Notes under the pieces: model-generated
The model's input: only the letters and a program-made list of their open reading frames with translations
What the model was told of the DNA's origin: nothing
Databases searched by the model: none
Part shown: positions 20,963 to 30,661 of the stretch, piece after piece
Numbering within the stretch: the first letter of the stretch is position 1
Layout: each line of letters opens with the position of its first letter
Origin: Ignavibacteriota bacterium
GTDB taxonomy: Bacteria; Bacteroidota; Ignavibacteria; UBA10030; CAVZMI01
Length of the DNA stretch: 62,482 bases
Direction: 5' to 3'
Assembly (NCBI GenBank): GCA_963776275.1
Contig: CAVZMI010000010.1
Coordinates: 1 to 62,482, forward strand
Translations under genes and position numbers: made by a program

Positions 20963-23900
20963 ATGGATCAAACACAGGGTACAACGGCACGAAGTCATAC
21001 GAATGCCCTGCGATCGGTGCGGGAAAAGGTAGGGCGTGCGGGGACGATTGAAGAAGCGCTACGAGCGTTTTATGAGAGTATATTCGAAGCTATCCCAATC
21101 GATGAAGGGGCTCTTTATGTCTATGATAATACTTCCAAGCGTGCATGTATTGTAAGTTGCACCGAACGATGGTACAAGGATATTCAGCCGATCAGTGAGT
21201 CTGTTGAAATATTCAAATCGTTCCAGACGATTTCACTTCCCGAAGAAGCCGCACATCTGAAAAGTTATACAGAAATCCTTCACAATTCCGGTTGCACGGC
21301 GGGTGTTCTCGTTCCGCTCGGAACGAGCGGCGTATTCGTAGGGTTCCTTCTTCTCGGTCGGATCCGGATGCAGTCCTTTTCCGAAGAAGAAATTCGTCTA
21401 TGTGATATGATGATTGAAGTTGGACGCAGTATTTTGATGCCGCTGGTACTTTCGTCATCCGGAGTTCAGGAACATAAACTGCTTAGCGATGTCCCCGTCG
21501 GCTTCTATATTATGCAGGATGATCGGATTGTTTATGCCAACGAGTATGTGGTGAAGCTCTTTGGTTATGCGCTGGACGAAATTATAGGTGTGCGGTTTCC
21601 TTTTATCGGAATTATTCCGGAGGAACAGGAACGCTTTCGCGCTGGCATATCGGAATTTCTTCAAAGTGGGGAATATTCATTTCATCATACCTTCACAGGT
21701 TTGCATAAAAATGGGAAACGGTTTGATGTAGAAACGCGTGTAAGTCGAACTCGGTATCAAGGTCAACCGGCATTACAGGGAATACTTATCGACATTTCCG
21801 AACAGAAGACAACTGAACGTGAACTCGTTCGCCGGAATAGAGAATTATACGTGCTGAATATTCTCTCAAGTGAAATAAGTTCTGCACGCACACTCGATGA
21901 AATGTATAATCTTATCGACCGGGTCCTGAAAGAAATAATGAATATTGACCGGGTGGTTATTCGGCTTGCCAACCGTTACCCGCGTGAGGCTTTCAGCTCA
22001 TCGTTTGATCGGCAATCAATGAACGGAGAAATTTTTGCCGATGGCTCGTCATCTGAGTCGACACTCCTGTTCGAAGAGATTCTTAACGACATGGTCCCGA
22101 TCCTCATTGATAATTGTCGTCAGTATCCAGAGCTCGATTATGAAAAAACAATGCGGCTCGGTCTGCGCTCGACACTGGCGTTACCGATAGTCTCGAAAGA
22201 TCAGATTCTGGGAATGCTTCGGGTGGACGATATAAAGCACGCGGGACGATTCCATCAGGAAGACATTCAATTCCTGCTGATGGTCTGCCGTCATACCGCA
22301 AATGCAATTGATAACGTAATCTGGTATCATCGCGAGAAGTCCCGTTCACTCAGGATGGAATCGGTCCGAACGCTTGCACGCGAATGGATGGGTATTCTCG
22401 ATCCCCACGAATTGATGCGTAAAGCGGTGAGGATGGTTTGCGAATCGTTTGGTTATGATACTACAACAATATTCCTGATCCGATCCGCATCTAATATAAT
22501 CCACTTTCATACCGGACACGGAAAGAATTTTCATAAACCACCGGAGGATTTTGTACTGAAAATGGGACAGGGACTCATTGGGGCGTGTGCACAAAAAAAC
22601 AGTATTGTGCTTGTCAATGATGTACATCTTGATGAACGGTGGATTCCCGGCATGATGACCGGAACCCGCTCTGAGCTTTGCATTCCCATGCGAACACATC
22701 ACGGAGTTATCGGCGTCCTCGATATACAACAGACCACTATCGATGCTTTCACGGATGAAGATGGAGTCTTTCTCCAGATACTTGCTGATGAGCTCACTGC
22801 TGTATTTGAAAACGCGCTATTATTCGAGGAAATTAGATATCAGGCGAATGTTCTAACAAACATTAACGATGCAATAATCTCGGCAGATGCCAATTGGAAC
22901 ATCCGCGGATGGAATAATGGTGCGGAACGTCTCTATGGCTGGAAAGCGTCCGAGGTTCTCGGTAAAAATATGTACCATCTTATCCATAATGAATATATTG
23001 ATGTAACGCCGGATGACGTCCTGAGTGCCATGATTTATCATGGTGGTTGGAGAGGTAAGATCCGGCAGTACACAAAAGAAGGCAAAGTCGTTCATGTTAA
23101 TGCTGCGGCATCGACACTCAGGGGAAGTGATGGAAGCATCATCGGCTTTGTCAACGTCAATCGGGATATCTCTCAGGAACGTGCACTGGAAAGCAATTTG
23201 CAGGAAACCGAGGGATTACTGTCAAGCGTCATCGAACAAACGCCATTCGGGATTGAGGTATTCAAGGATGATGGAACCCTGATTCGTATCAACCAGACTT
23301 TTCTTAAGATGTTCAATATCCCGCACAGGGAAATTCTTGAATTCCATTATAATGTATTGCACGACGATGGACTGATCCACCGGTTGGGATTGATGCCAAA
23401 AGTTGAGAAGGCATTTGCAGGCGAGAGCTGTGCAGTCGGCCCGATAGAGATTCGACCGGAAATTCTTCCGCCGACGCTTCAGTTCTTGAAGTCGCCGATT
23501 ACGGTTGAAATACGGATGTTCGCCGTCTTTGATGATTTGCGGTGCATGCGTCAGGTCGTGTTCATTTTCGAAGATATCTCCGAACGTGTCAATTTGCAGC
23601 GGCAGTTGGCCCAGGCTCAGAAAATGGAAGCGGTCGGGACACTTGCCAGCGGTATTGCCCACGATTTCAATAACCTGCTTGGCGGCATTCTTGGCTATGC
23701 CTCGTTCGCGAAAACAAAAGTAGCATCCGAAAGCCCGATTTTCAGCTACCTCGATATTATTGAGCGATCAGCTCAGCGTGCATCGGAATTGACGCGGCAG
23801 TTACTCGGATTTGCACGACGTGGGAAATATTCCACTGAAAAAATCGATTGCAACGATGTAATCCGGGATACGATAACACTTCTAGAACGTAGTTTCGATA

Positions 23901-24742
23901 AACGAATCTCGGTTCATCTCGATCTGTCAGCTGTCCCGCTGATGGTTGAAGCCGATGCCGGACAACTTGAACAGGCCCTTCTGAATCTCTGCGTCAACGC
24001 CCGAGATGCGATGCCTGGAGGTGGTATCATGAAGGTAAGTAGCAGGCTTGTCGATGTGAATGACGAATTCGTGCAATTGCATATCAATTCCGAATCGGAG
24101 CAATATGTTCACATTACCGTCGAAGACACGGGAATAGGGATGGATGAAGAGACGCAAAAACATATTTTCGAACCCTTCTTCACGACCAAAGAGAAGGGAA
24201 AAGGGAGCGGACTGGGACTCTCAATGGTCTATGGCATCGTTCGCAATCATGATGGTTACCTCGACGTGCACAGCGAACTTGGAAGGGGAAGTGTTTTCCA
24301 TCTCTACTTCCCTTATATCAGCGGTACGGCAGTGCCGGAAGGGTTAGCTGATGATTCTGCTGCTATCAGGAAGGGGTCTGAAGTCATTCTTCTGGTAGAT
24401 GATGAAGAGGTGATTCGCGACTTTACCCGCGAGGTTCTGGAAGAACAGGGATACTCGGTTGTCACAGCCAAAGATGGCGATGATGCGATACGGTTATATG
24501 CAGGACTCCATACCCGGATTAATGCGGTAGTCCTTGACATGGTCATGCCTCAAAAAGGAGGATTGGAAACCTATCGTGAAATGAAAAAAATCAATCCGGG
24601 AGTAAAAGTCCTTCTCTCAAGCGGGTACAGCCAGGATGGGCATGCGCAAGAAATTCTCAATGAAGGGGTTATGGGATTTGTACAGAAACCATACGATATG
24701 AGCCATCTATTCACAGCTCTCCGCAAAGTGCTTGATTCATAA
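20963..24742 (+). CDS. Hybrid sensor histidine kinase with multiple GAF and PAS domains and a C-terminal receiver
   Basis: IAHDFNNLL H-box, NARDAM, DTGIGM, FEPFFTTK, GSGLGL and a C-terminal receiver (LDMVMP); start could be 20921. Confidence 0.92.
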   Translation: MDQTQGTTARSHTNALRSVREKVGRAGTIEEALRAFYESIFEAIPIDEGALYVYDNTSKRACIVSCTERWYKDIQPISESVEIFKSFQTISLPEEAAHLKSYTEILHNSGCTAGVLVPLGTSGVFVGFLLLGRIRMQSFSEEEIRLCDMMIEVGRSILMPLVLSSSGVQEHKLLSDVPVGFYIMQDDRIVYANEYVVKLFGYALDEIIGVRFPFIGIIPEEQERFRAGISEFLQSGEYSFHHTFTGLHKNGKRFDVETRVSRTRYQGQPALQGILIDISEQKTTERELVRRNRELYVLNILSSEISSARTLDEMYNLIDRVLKEIMNIDRVVIRLANRYPREAFSSSFDRQSMNGEIFADGSSSESTLLFEEILNDMVPILIDNCRQYPELDYEKTMRLGLRSTLALPIVSKDQILGMLRVDDIKHAGRFHQEDIQFLLMVCRHTANAIDNVIWYHREKSRSLRMESVRTLAREWMGILDPHELMRKAVRMVCESFGYDTTTIFLIRSASNIIHFHTGHGKNFHKPPEDFVLKMGQGLIGACAQKNSIVLVNDVHLDERWIPGMMTGTRSELCIPMRTHHGVIGVLDIQQTTIDAFTDEDGVFLQILADELTAVFENALLFEEIRYQANVLTNINDAIISADANWNIRGWNNGAERLYGWKASEVLGKNMYHLIHNEYIDVTPDDVLSAMIYHGGWRGKIRQYTKEGKVVHVNAAASTLRGSDGSIIGFVNVNRDISQERALESNLQETEGLLSSVIEQTPFGIEVFKDDGTLIRINQTFLKMFNIPHREILEFHYNVLHDDGLIHRLGLMPKVEKAFAGESCAVGPIEIRPEILPPTLQFLKSPITVEIRMFAVFDDLRCMRQVVFIFEDISERVNLQRQLAQAQKMEAVGTLASGIAHDFNNLLGGILGYASFAKTKVASESPIFSYLDIIERSAQRASELTRQLLGFARRGKYSTEKIDCNDVIRDTITLLERSFDKRISVHLDLSAVPLMVEADAGQLEQALLNLCVNARDAMPGGGIMKVSSRLVDVNDEFVQLHINSESEQYVHITVEDTGIGMDEETQKHIFEPFFTTKEKGKGSGLGLSMVYGIVRNHDGYLDVHSELGRGSVFHLYFPYISGTAVPEGLADDSAAIRKGSEVILLVDDEEVIRDFTREVLEEQGYSVVTAKDGDDAIRLYAGLHTRINAVVLDMVMPQKGGLETYREMKKINPGVKVLLSSGYSQDGHAQEILNEGVMGFVQKPYDMSHLFTALRKVLDS

Positions 24743-24817
24743 TTCATTCACCTCTATATTATTATTTATAAGATATCAGTTTATATCTGCCCCGTCACTT
24801 AGTTTGGAGAATATCTT

Positions 24818-25153
24818 ATGTATGAATGGGTGAAAGAATTTCCCGGATCAATTACTATCTGTGATCGGGAGGGGATCATCGTTGAAATGAACGACCGGTC
24901 AATAAAGGCATTCGAAAAGGATGGCGGAGCGGGGCTAATTGGAAAGAACGTGTTCGATTGCCACCCCGAACCGACACGAACCCGGTTGAAGGAATTGCTC
25001 GCTGCCGGAAATACAAATGTATATACCATTGAAAAAAACAGTGTGAAAAAATTAATATATCAATCTCCATGGTATCACAACGGCGAATATCGTGGCTTCG
25101 TAGAATTTTCACTTGAAATACCCTTAACACTGCCGCATCATATTCGGACGTAA
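24818..25153 (+). CDS. Small stand-alone PAS-domain protein
   Basis: ITICDREGIIVEMN and LIGKNVFDCHP PAS pattern. Confidence 0.75.
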   Translation: MYEWVKEFPGSITICDREGIIVEMNDRSIKAFEKDGGAGLIGKNVFDCHPEPTRTRLKELLAAGNTNVYTIEKNSVKKLIYQSPWYHNGEYRGFVEFSLEIPLTLPHHIRT

Positions 25154-25237
25154 TTCGCTTGCTTCTTAATCCTCTTTGACGTATTTTAACGCATGTTAAC
25201 GCTAACATTCACTACCTGAAGAAAGGGAAGCTGCCCC

Positions 25238-26899
25238 ATGGAGGCAATACACCTGACCATAGCTGATTGGCTCATCATTGCCGTATATTTCGGATTTGTA
25301 CTTGGAATCGGATTCTACCTGAAGAAATTCACACGGAGTGAAAATGATTTCTTTCTTGCAGGACGTAAAAACAGCGCATGGGTGGCCGGACTTGCATTCC
25401 TCTCGGCCAATCTCGGGGCACTCGAACTTCTCGGTATGACCGGAAATACATACAAGTACGGAATGTACGTAGCCCATTTTTATTGGATAGGCGCCGTCCC
25501 AGCAATGCTGTTCCTCGGAATTTACATGATGCCTTTTTATTATAGTAGCAAGATTAAATCAATTCCCGGTTATTTAAAACTTCGATTCGACGAGAAAACG
25601 CGCGTTCTCAACGGGATTGCATTCGCGGTGATGACCCTCCTGGTTTCCGGCATCAACCTGTATGCGATGGCTCTCGTTCTTCACACATTTCTTGGATGGA
25701 ATTGGGACATCTGCATGTGGATGTCGGCAGCCACGGTTGCCTGCTATGTAGGCTTAAGCGGCTTAATGTCGGCGATCTTCACCGAAATCGTACAATTCTT
25801 TCTTATATGGTTCGGCCTTTTTCTGGTTGCGATGTTGGGCATTGTCGAAATCGGGAGTCTCAAAGAGGTATTTCACAGGATTCCGGAGGCGTATAATACT
25901 CTCTGGTCAACATCAGCCGATCCGAGTAAAAATGGAATGTTGATTTCATGGGGCGGTATTGTTCTGGGCCTAGGATTTGTGCTATCGTTCGGGTACTGGA
26001 CAACAGATTTTCTTGTTGTTCAACGTGCCTTCACTGCAAAAGATCTACGGACAGCCCGATTGACACCGATTCTTGCTTCCTTTTTCAAAATGTGTGTTCC
26101 ATTCCTCGTGATTATTCCGGGTTTGATTGCTCTCATTCTCTCGAATGATCCAAAAAGCGGATTTGCATTACTACAGGATGGAGGGAAGCTCAATTATGAT
26201 TCTGCCCTTCCTTTATTGATCGCACGATACTATCCGACGGGATTGTTGGGACTCGGAGTCACGGCACTGCTGGCAGGATTTATGGCGGGTCAGGCAGGCA
26301 ATATCAGCGCGTTCAATACAGTTTGGACTTACGACATCTATCACTCCGTTATCAATAAAAAAGCTTCGGATGTACATCTTGTCTGGATGGGGAGAGTGGC
26401 AACGATTGTCGGGATTGTCATCAGTATTGGGACCGCCTACTGGGCACGGAGTTTCCCGAGCATCATGGACTATATGCAGGCAATTTTCTCGTGGGTTAAT
26501 GCACCGTTGTTTGCCACTATGCTTCTTGGAATGTTCGTCAAATGGATAACACCGAAAGGAGCATTCTGGGGATTAATTGCAGGGATGGGATCGTCATTTA
26601 CATTGTTCCTTGCGGCAAAGTTTAATTGGATTTCAGCGAGTCTGATCACTTTGTCGTCGGTATCGAGTGAGATGGCGGTGAATTTCTGGCGTGCTTGGTG
26701 GGCCTGGTGCATCTGCTTCATTGTGACGATCGTTATTAGTCTTTTCACTGAAAAGAAACCGGAGAGCGAACTTGTGGGATTGGTGAAAGGGCTCACTCCC
26801 GAAGCGCCAACCGGCCTGATTCCATTGTATAAAAAGCCGGAGTTCATAGGAATTGTTTCTCTGGCGATATTCATTCTGCTCAATGTGTATTTCTGGTAA
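25238..26899 (+). CDS. Sodium:solute symporter
   Basis: DFFLAGR, YLKLRFD, GYWTTDFLVVQR and TVWTYDIY motifs; many TM segments. Confidence 0.92.
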   Translation: MEAIHLTIADWLIIAVYFGFVLGIGFYLKKFTRSENDFFLAGRKNSAWVAGLAFLSANLGALELLGMTGNTYKYGMYVAHFYWIGAVPAMLFLGIYMMPFYYSSKIKSIPGYLKLRFDEKTRVLNGIAFAVMTLLVSGINLYAMALVLHTFLGWNWDICMWMSAATVACYVGLSGLMSAIFTEIVQFFLIWFGLFLVAMLGIVEIGSLKEVFHRIPEAYNTLWSTSADPSKNGMLISWGGIVLGLGFVLSFGYWTTDFLVVQRAFTAKDLRTARLTPILASFFKMCVPFLVIIPGLIALILSNDPKSGFALLQDGGKLNYDSALPLLIARYYPTGLLGLGVTALLAGFMAGQAGNISAFNTVWTYDIYHSVINKKASDVHLVWMGRVATIVGIVISIGTAYWARSFPSIMDYMQAIFSWVNAPLFATMLLGMFVKWITPKGAFWGLIAGMGSSFTLFLAAKFNWISASLITLSSVSSEMAVNFWRAWWAWCICFIVTIVISLFTEKKPESELVGLVKGLTPEAPTGLIPLYKKPEFIGIVSLAIFILLNVYFW

Positions 26900-26919
26900 T
26901 AAAAAAAAGGAATTATATC

Positions 26920-27132
26920 ATGACCTCGGAACAACCACAAATGAAATCCATCTGGTATCTCGTCGGACTCATTCTAATGAGCATGGGTGTGATAATATTT
27001 ATTACAGGTCTTGTATCCCCTGAGACACAAAAAACTGTTCTTGCCGAACTTCACCCGAATATCTGGTGGGGACTTGTGATGATTGCCGGCGGACTTACAC
27101 TTTTTTTGACAAACCGGAAATCTTCGGCCTGA
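26920..27132 (+). CDS. Small 2-TM protein downstream of the symporter
   Basis: AAGGA RBS; two hydrophobic helices and NIWWG. Confidence 0.7.
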   Translation: MTSEQPQMKSIWYLVGLILMSMGVIIFITGLVSPETQKTVLAELHPNIWWGLVMIAGGLTLFLTNRKSSA

Positions 27133-27186
27133 ATAAATATTCAAGATTTCCACTTAAGTAATTGGTGTTTTAGGCCGATAATATTT

Positions 27187-27219
27187 ATGCCCTTTTTGGA
27201 ATTATAGGGCATTTTTTTT
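27187..27219 (+). terminator. Intrinsic terminator
   Basis: ATGCCCT/AGGGCAT stem followed by a T run. Confidence 0.7.
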
Positions 27220-27232
27220 GGTTTATATAGAA

Positions 27233-27309
27233 TGACCGCTTAGTCTTGACCTTGAACTAATATTCACCTATATTACGACTGATTAGTCAAAATATGACCA
27301 TATAGTCAT
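27233..27309 (+). promoter_or_regulatory. Sigma70-type promoter with three candidate TetR operators
   Basis: TTGACC(27246)-17-TATATT(27269); TGAC-N6-GTCA-like boxes at 27233, 27276 and 27295. Confidence 0.7.
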
Positions 27310-27348
27310 TACCCACATTTTCATATAGATCTTATATATAAGGCTTCA

Positions 27349-28002
27349 ATGGAGCAATTAGACGGCAGTCAGGCGCTCTCGCGTAAAGAGCGAGAGAAAC
27401 TTGCCAGGCAGCAGGAAATCTTGAAGGCAGCCCGCGAACTATTCATCCGTAAAGGCTATCACGATACCACACTTGAAGAAATCGCCCATCATGCGGAATT
27501 TGGCAAGGGGACGATTTACAATTACTTCAGCAGCAAAGAAGAGCTTTTCAACGGGATTATCAATCGTCTCGCCGATGAGACGTTCGAGCTTATGCAGTCG
27601 GCTATCGCAGTTTCTGGACACGCCCGGGAAAAGCTGACCGCCTACGCCAGCTCAATGATCTCCCATGCCCGTACAAATGCCGATCTCTTCCGTTTAATTT
27701 TCCAGGAGTTCCATCGCGCAAATTCTCCGGAGTTCAAGGAGAATTTAAAACACTTCCATGAACGCACAAAAAAAATACAGGAATTAATCATCCATCCAAT
27801 CGAGGAAGAAATCAGCGCGGGGAAAATCAGACCGGTCGATGCCCGGGAGCTTATCTCGCTTTTCGACGGGATGCTGCGTTCGTATTGTCTCAATTATCTC
27901 GAAAATCAATTTCAGTTTCAAAACGACGACATTGATACTGCCGCCGCTCTCATTGTGTCTATTTTTTTCGATGGCGCAGCGGAACCGAATTGTAAAGGAT
28001 AA
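27349..28002 (+). CDS. TetR/AcrR family regulator
   Basis: HTH motif ARELFIRKGYHDTTLEEIA...KGTIYNYFSSKEEL. Confidence 0.92.
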   Translation: MEQLDGSQALSRKEREKLARQQEILKAARELFIRKGYHDTTLEEIAHHAEFGKGTIYNYFSSKEELFNGIINRLADETFELMQSAIAVSGHAREKLTAYASSMISHARTNADLFRLIFQEFHRANSPEFKENLKHFHERTKKIQELIIHPIEEEISAGKIRPVDARELISLFDGMLRSYCLNYLENQFQFQNDDIDTAAALIVSIFFDGAAEPNCKG

Positions 28003-28006
28003 AACC

Positions 28007-29380
28007 ATGATGAAACCAGGAGTAAAATTTTTTATCACAATTTTTACGCCCTTCGTGCTCTGCATGCTTCCGTCTGTGAGTGCGGTCGGACAGGAATCGG
28101 CACGGTCTCAAGGATCCGTCGTCCTGACTCTCGAAAAAGCGATCTCGCTTGCGCTTCAACAAAACCGGGATGTCCTTATCGCTGAACAGGACCGTTTCAA
28201 AGCCGACGCGCAGGTTGGCGAAGCGTGGGCCGGTGCATTGCCCCAGCTTTCAATCAGCGGAGTCTATACACGGAATATCCAAAAACCGGTACTCTTCATT
28301 CCGCCAAATAATCCGATTAACCCGACCGATAAAACAATGGCGTTTGAAATCGGATCGACAAACGCATATGCGATGAGCGCCTCATTAACGCAGCCGCTCT
28401 TCAGCCGAAGGGTCGGAGTAGCGCTACAGATTGCCGATACATACCGTGAATTTATGGAGCAATCCTATCAATCCATAAGCCAGGCAGTCATTCGTGATGT
28501 AAGGAAATCGTTCTACCTCGTTTTGCTTGCTCAGAAGCTGGTGGAAGCGAATCGCCAGGGATTCGACGTCGTTAAGGCGAACGTTGAAAATGTCAGGGCA
28601 CAATATCGTAACGGGACAGCTGCTGAATTCGATCTGCTTCGTGCCGAAGTACAGCTTGCCAATACCGAACCGCTCCTTATCTCGGCCGAAAATAATCTGG
28701 CTCTGGCTATCAACGTGCTGAAAAATCTTGTGGCAATCCCCATGGAACAGGATGTCGTTCTCCAGGGTGATTTTACCTTTGAAGAACTTCCGGAAACCGC
28801 AATGATTGAAGCAAGACAGAATGCACTTACAACAAATCCTTTGGTTCTTCAATTGTCGCTTCAGGAATCTCTTCTTGAGAAGAATATCAGCATCGAGCGG
28901 GCGGGTTATTTCCCTACTCTGAATCTCGTCGGCGGCTATTCGTGGCAGGCACAGGATAATACGTTTCAGTTCAACAATTATCTCTGGGCGAAAATGCTCA
29001 ATGTCGGACTAACGCTTTCTTTCCCGATATTTGACGGTCTGAAAACCTCCAACCGCGTTCAACAGGCGGAGATCGAAAAGGAAAAGATTTATTATACGCG
29101 AATGAAGGCCGAGGAAGGATTAAAAATCCAGATCCAATCGGCAGAATTGAAAATGGCCGAAGCAAAAAAGCGGATCTCCGGACAGGAGAAAAATATCGAT
29201 CAGGCACAGAAAGCCGTTCGTATCGCACAGACACGTTTTAAAAGCGGGGTAGGGACACAGCTCGAGCTACTCGATGCACAGGTGGCGATGACGCGGGCAC
29301 AAACAAATTACGCGCAGGCAATCTATGATTATCTTGTCGCAAAAGCCGAATGGCAATATGCAGTCGGAATTTCTCAATGA
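28007..29380 (+). CDS. TolC-family outer membrane efflux protein
   Basis: Signal peptide, LTLEKAISLAL, FDLLRAEV and GTQLELLDAQ repeats. Confidence 0.9.
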   Translation: MMKPGVKFFITIFTPFVLCMLPSVSAVGQESARSQGSVVLTLEKAISLALQQNRDVLIAEQDRFKADAQVGEAWAGALPQLSISGVYTRNIQKPVLFIPPNNPINPTDKTMAFEIGSTNAYAMSASLTQPLFSRRVGVALQIADTYREFMEQSYQSISQAVIRDVRKSFYLVLLAQKLVEANRQGFDVVKANVENVRAQYRNGTAAEFDLLRAEVQLANTEPLLISAENNLALAINVLKNLVAIPMEQDVVLQGDFTFEELPETAMIEARQNALTTNPLVLQLSLQESLLEKNISIERAGYFPTLNLVGGYSWQAQDNTFQFNNYLWAKMLNVGLTLSFPIFDGLKTSNRVQQAEIEKEKIYYTRMKAEEGLKIQIQSAELKMAEAKKRISGQEKNIDQAQKAVRIAQTRFKSGVGTQLELLDAQVAMTRAQTNYAQAIYDYLVAKAEWQYAVGISQ

Positions 29381-29391
29381 TATGCTTTTTT

Positions 29392-29507
29392 AAACTCCGT
29401 GTCCTTTGTGCTGGATAGACACCAAAAAGTTCTCAGTGTCCTCTGTGGTTCTCTTTTCTAAAACATAACCACAGAGTTCGCAAAGTTGAAAAAGAGAGAA
29501 CACGGAA
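29392..29507. repeat. Intergenic inverted-repeat element (CTCTGTG/CACAGAG type), copy 1
   Basis: CTCCGTGTCCTTTGTG and GTGTCCTCTGTGGTT facing AACCACAGAG..CACGGA; related to 33799-33934. Confidence 0.65.
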
Positions 29508-29559
29508 TATGAAAAATCATCAACGTGTTTAATATAACAGAAGAGCTAAAGGAGAATTA

Positions 29560-30630
29560 ATGACTACCGTGCATAACCCCGAAATATCCATGAAATGGAT
29601 CACTTTGATAATTTTCACTCTCATTCTTAATGGGTGCGGTTCAGGAGCAAAAGACCGACCGCAAACCGGTGCGGCAGCTTCCGGCAGTAATGTCATACCG
29701 GTGGAAATCGCTCCGGTTACACGACAGAATGTTTCTGTCAATAAGACCTTTTCCGGCACCTTGGAAGGGGAGGAGCAGGCTAATATCGTTGCTAAGATCT
29801 CGGAACGTATCACCGGCATTAAAGTACATGTCGGCGAATCGGTCGGCAGCGGGAAAGTCATACTCATGCTCGACAAGAGCGGCGTGACATCACAGTACTA
29901 TCAGGCTGAAGCGGGTTATAAAAATGCCGAAAAAACACTTGAACGTATGAAATCTCTCTATAAAGAAGGCGCTATCTCACTTCAGGCATTGGACGGTACC
30001 CAGACCCAATACGATGTCGCTAAAGCAAACTTCGACGCAGCACGGAGTGCGGTTGAGCTGACGACTCCGATTTCCGGAGTTGTAACCGCCATTAATGTCA
30101 GCGTCGGTGATCTTGCAGCACCCGGAGCGTTACTGGCGACGATAGCAAAGATTACCCGATTAAAAGTGACCTTCAATATTAGCGAAACAGATGTGACGAA
30201 TCTCGCGATCGGTCAAAAGGTTCAGGTATATACGGAATCAAAGCCCGATGCAGTGGTCGAAGGGCGGATTGTTCAGCTTTCGAAATCTGCCGATGTTAAG
30301 TCGCGTACATTCGAAATCAAAGCGATATTCCCAAATACAAAAGATAAATGGTTTAAACCGGGCATGTACAGCAAGGTGATAGTCCAGGTTTCTCCACGGG
30401 TAAAGACTCTCGTCATTCCGAACGCTGCAATTCAAAGTGATGGTGTCACTAACCGCGTATTTGTTGTCCGCGGCGGACGTTCCTTCCAGCAGACTGTCCA
30501 GGTAGGTGTGTCCGACGATAAATATTCGGAAATAGTAAAAGGACTGGCTGAGAACGATACGGTGGTGACAACCGGGGCCACGACCGTGCGAGATAGCGGA
30601 TATGTCAGTATCGCAAATCGATCGAATTAA
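29560..30630 (+). CDS. RND periplasmic adaptor (MFP)
   Basis: Lipobox-like LNGC, lipoyl-like halves, TPISGVV and KPGMY motifs. Confidence 0.9.
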   Translation: MTTVHNPEISMKWITLIIFTLILNGCGSGAKDRPQTGAAASGSNVIPVEIAPVTRQNVSVNKTFSGTLEGEEQANIVAKISERITGIKVHVGESVGSGKVILMLDKSGVTSQYYQAEAGYKNAEKTLERMKSLYKEGAISLQALDGTQTQYDVAKANFDAARSAVELTTPISGVVTAINVSVGDLAAPGALLATIAKITRLKVTFNISETDVTNLAIGQKVQVYTESKPDAVVEGRIVQLSKSADVKSRTFEIKAIFPNTKDKWFKPGMYSKVIVQVSPRVKTLVIPNAAIQSDGVTNRVFVVRGGRSFQQTVQVGVSDDKYSEIVKGLAENDTVVTTGATTVRDSGYVSIANRSN

Positions 30631-30661
30631 ATGATTGAACGAAAGAAAGTGAGCACGACCC

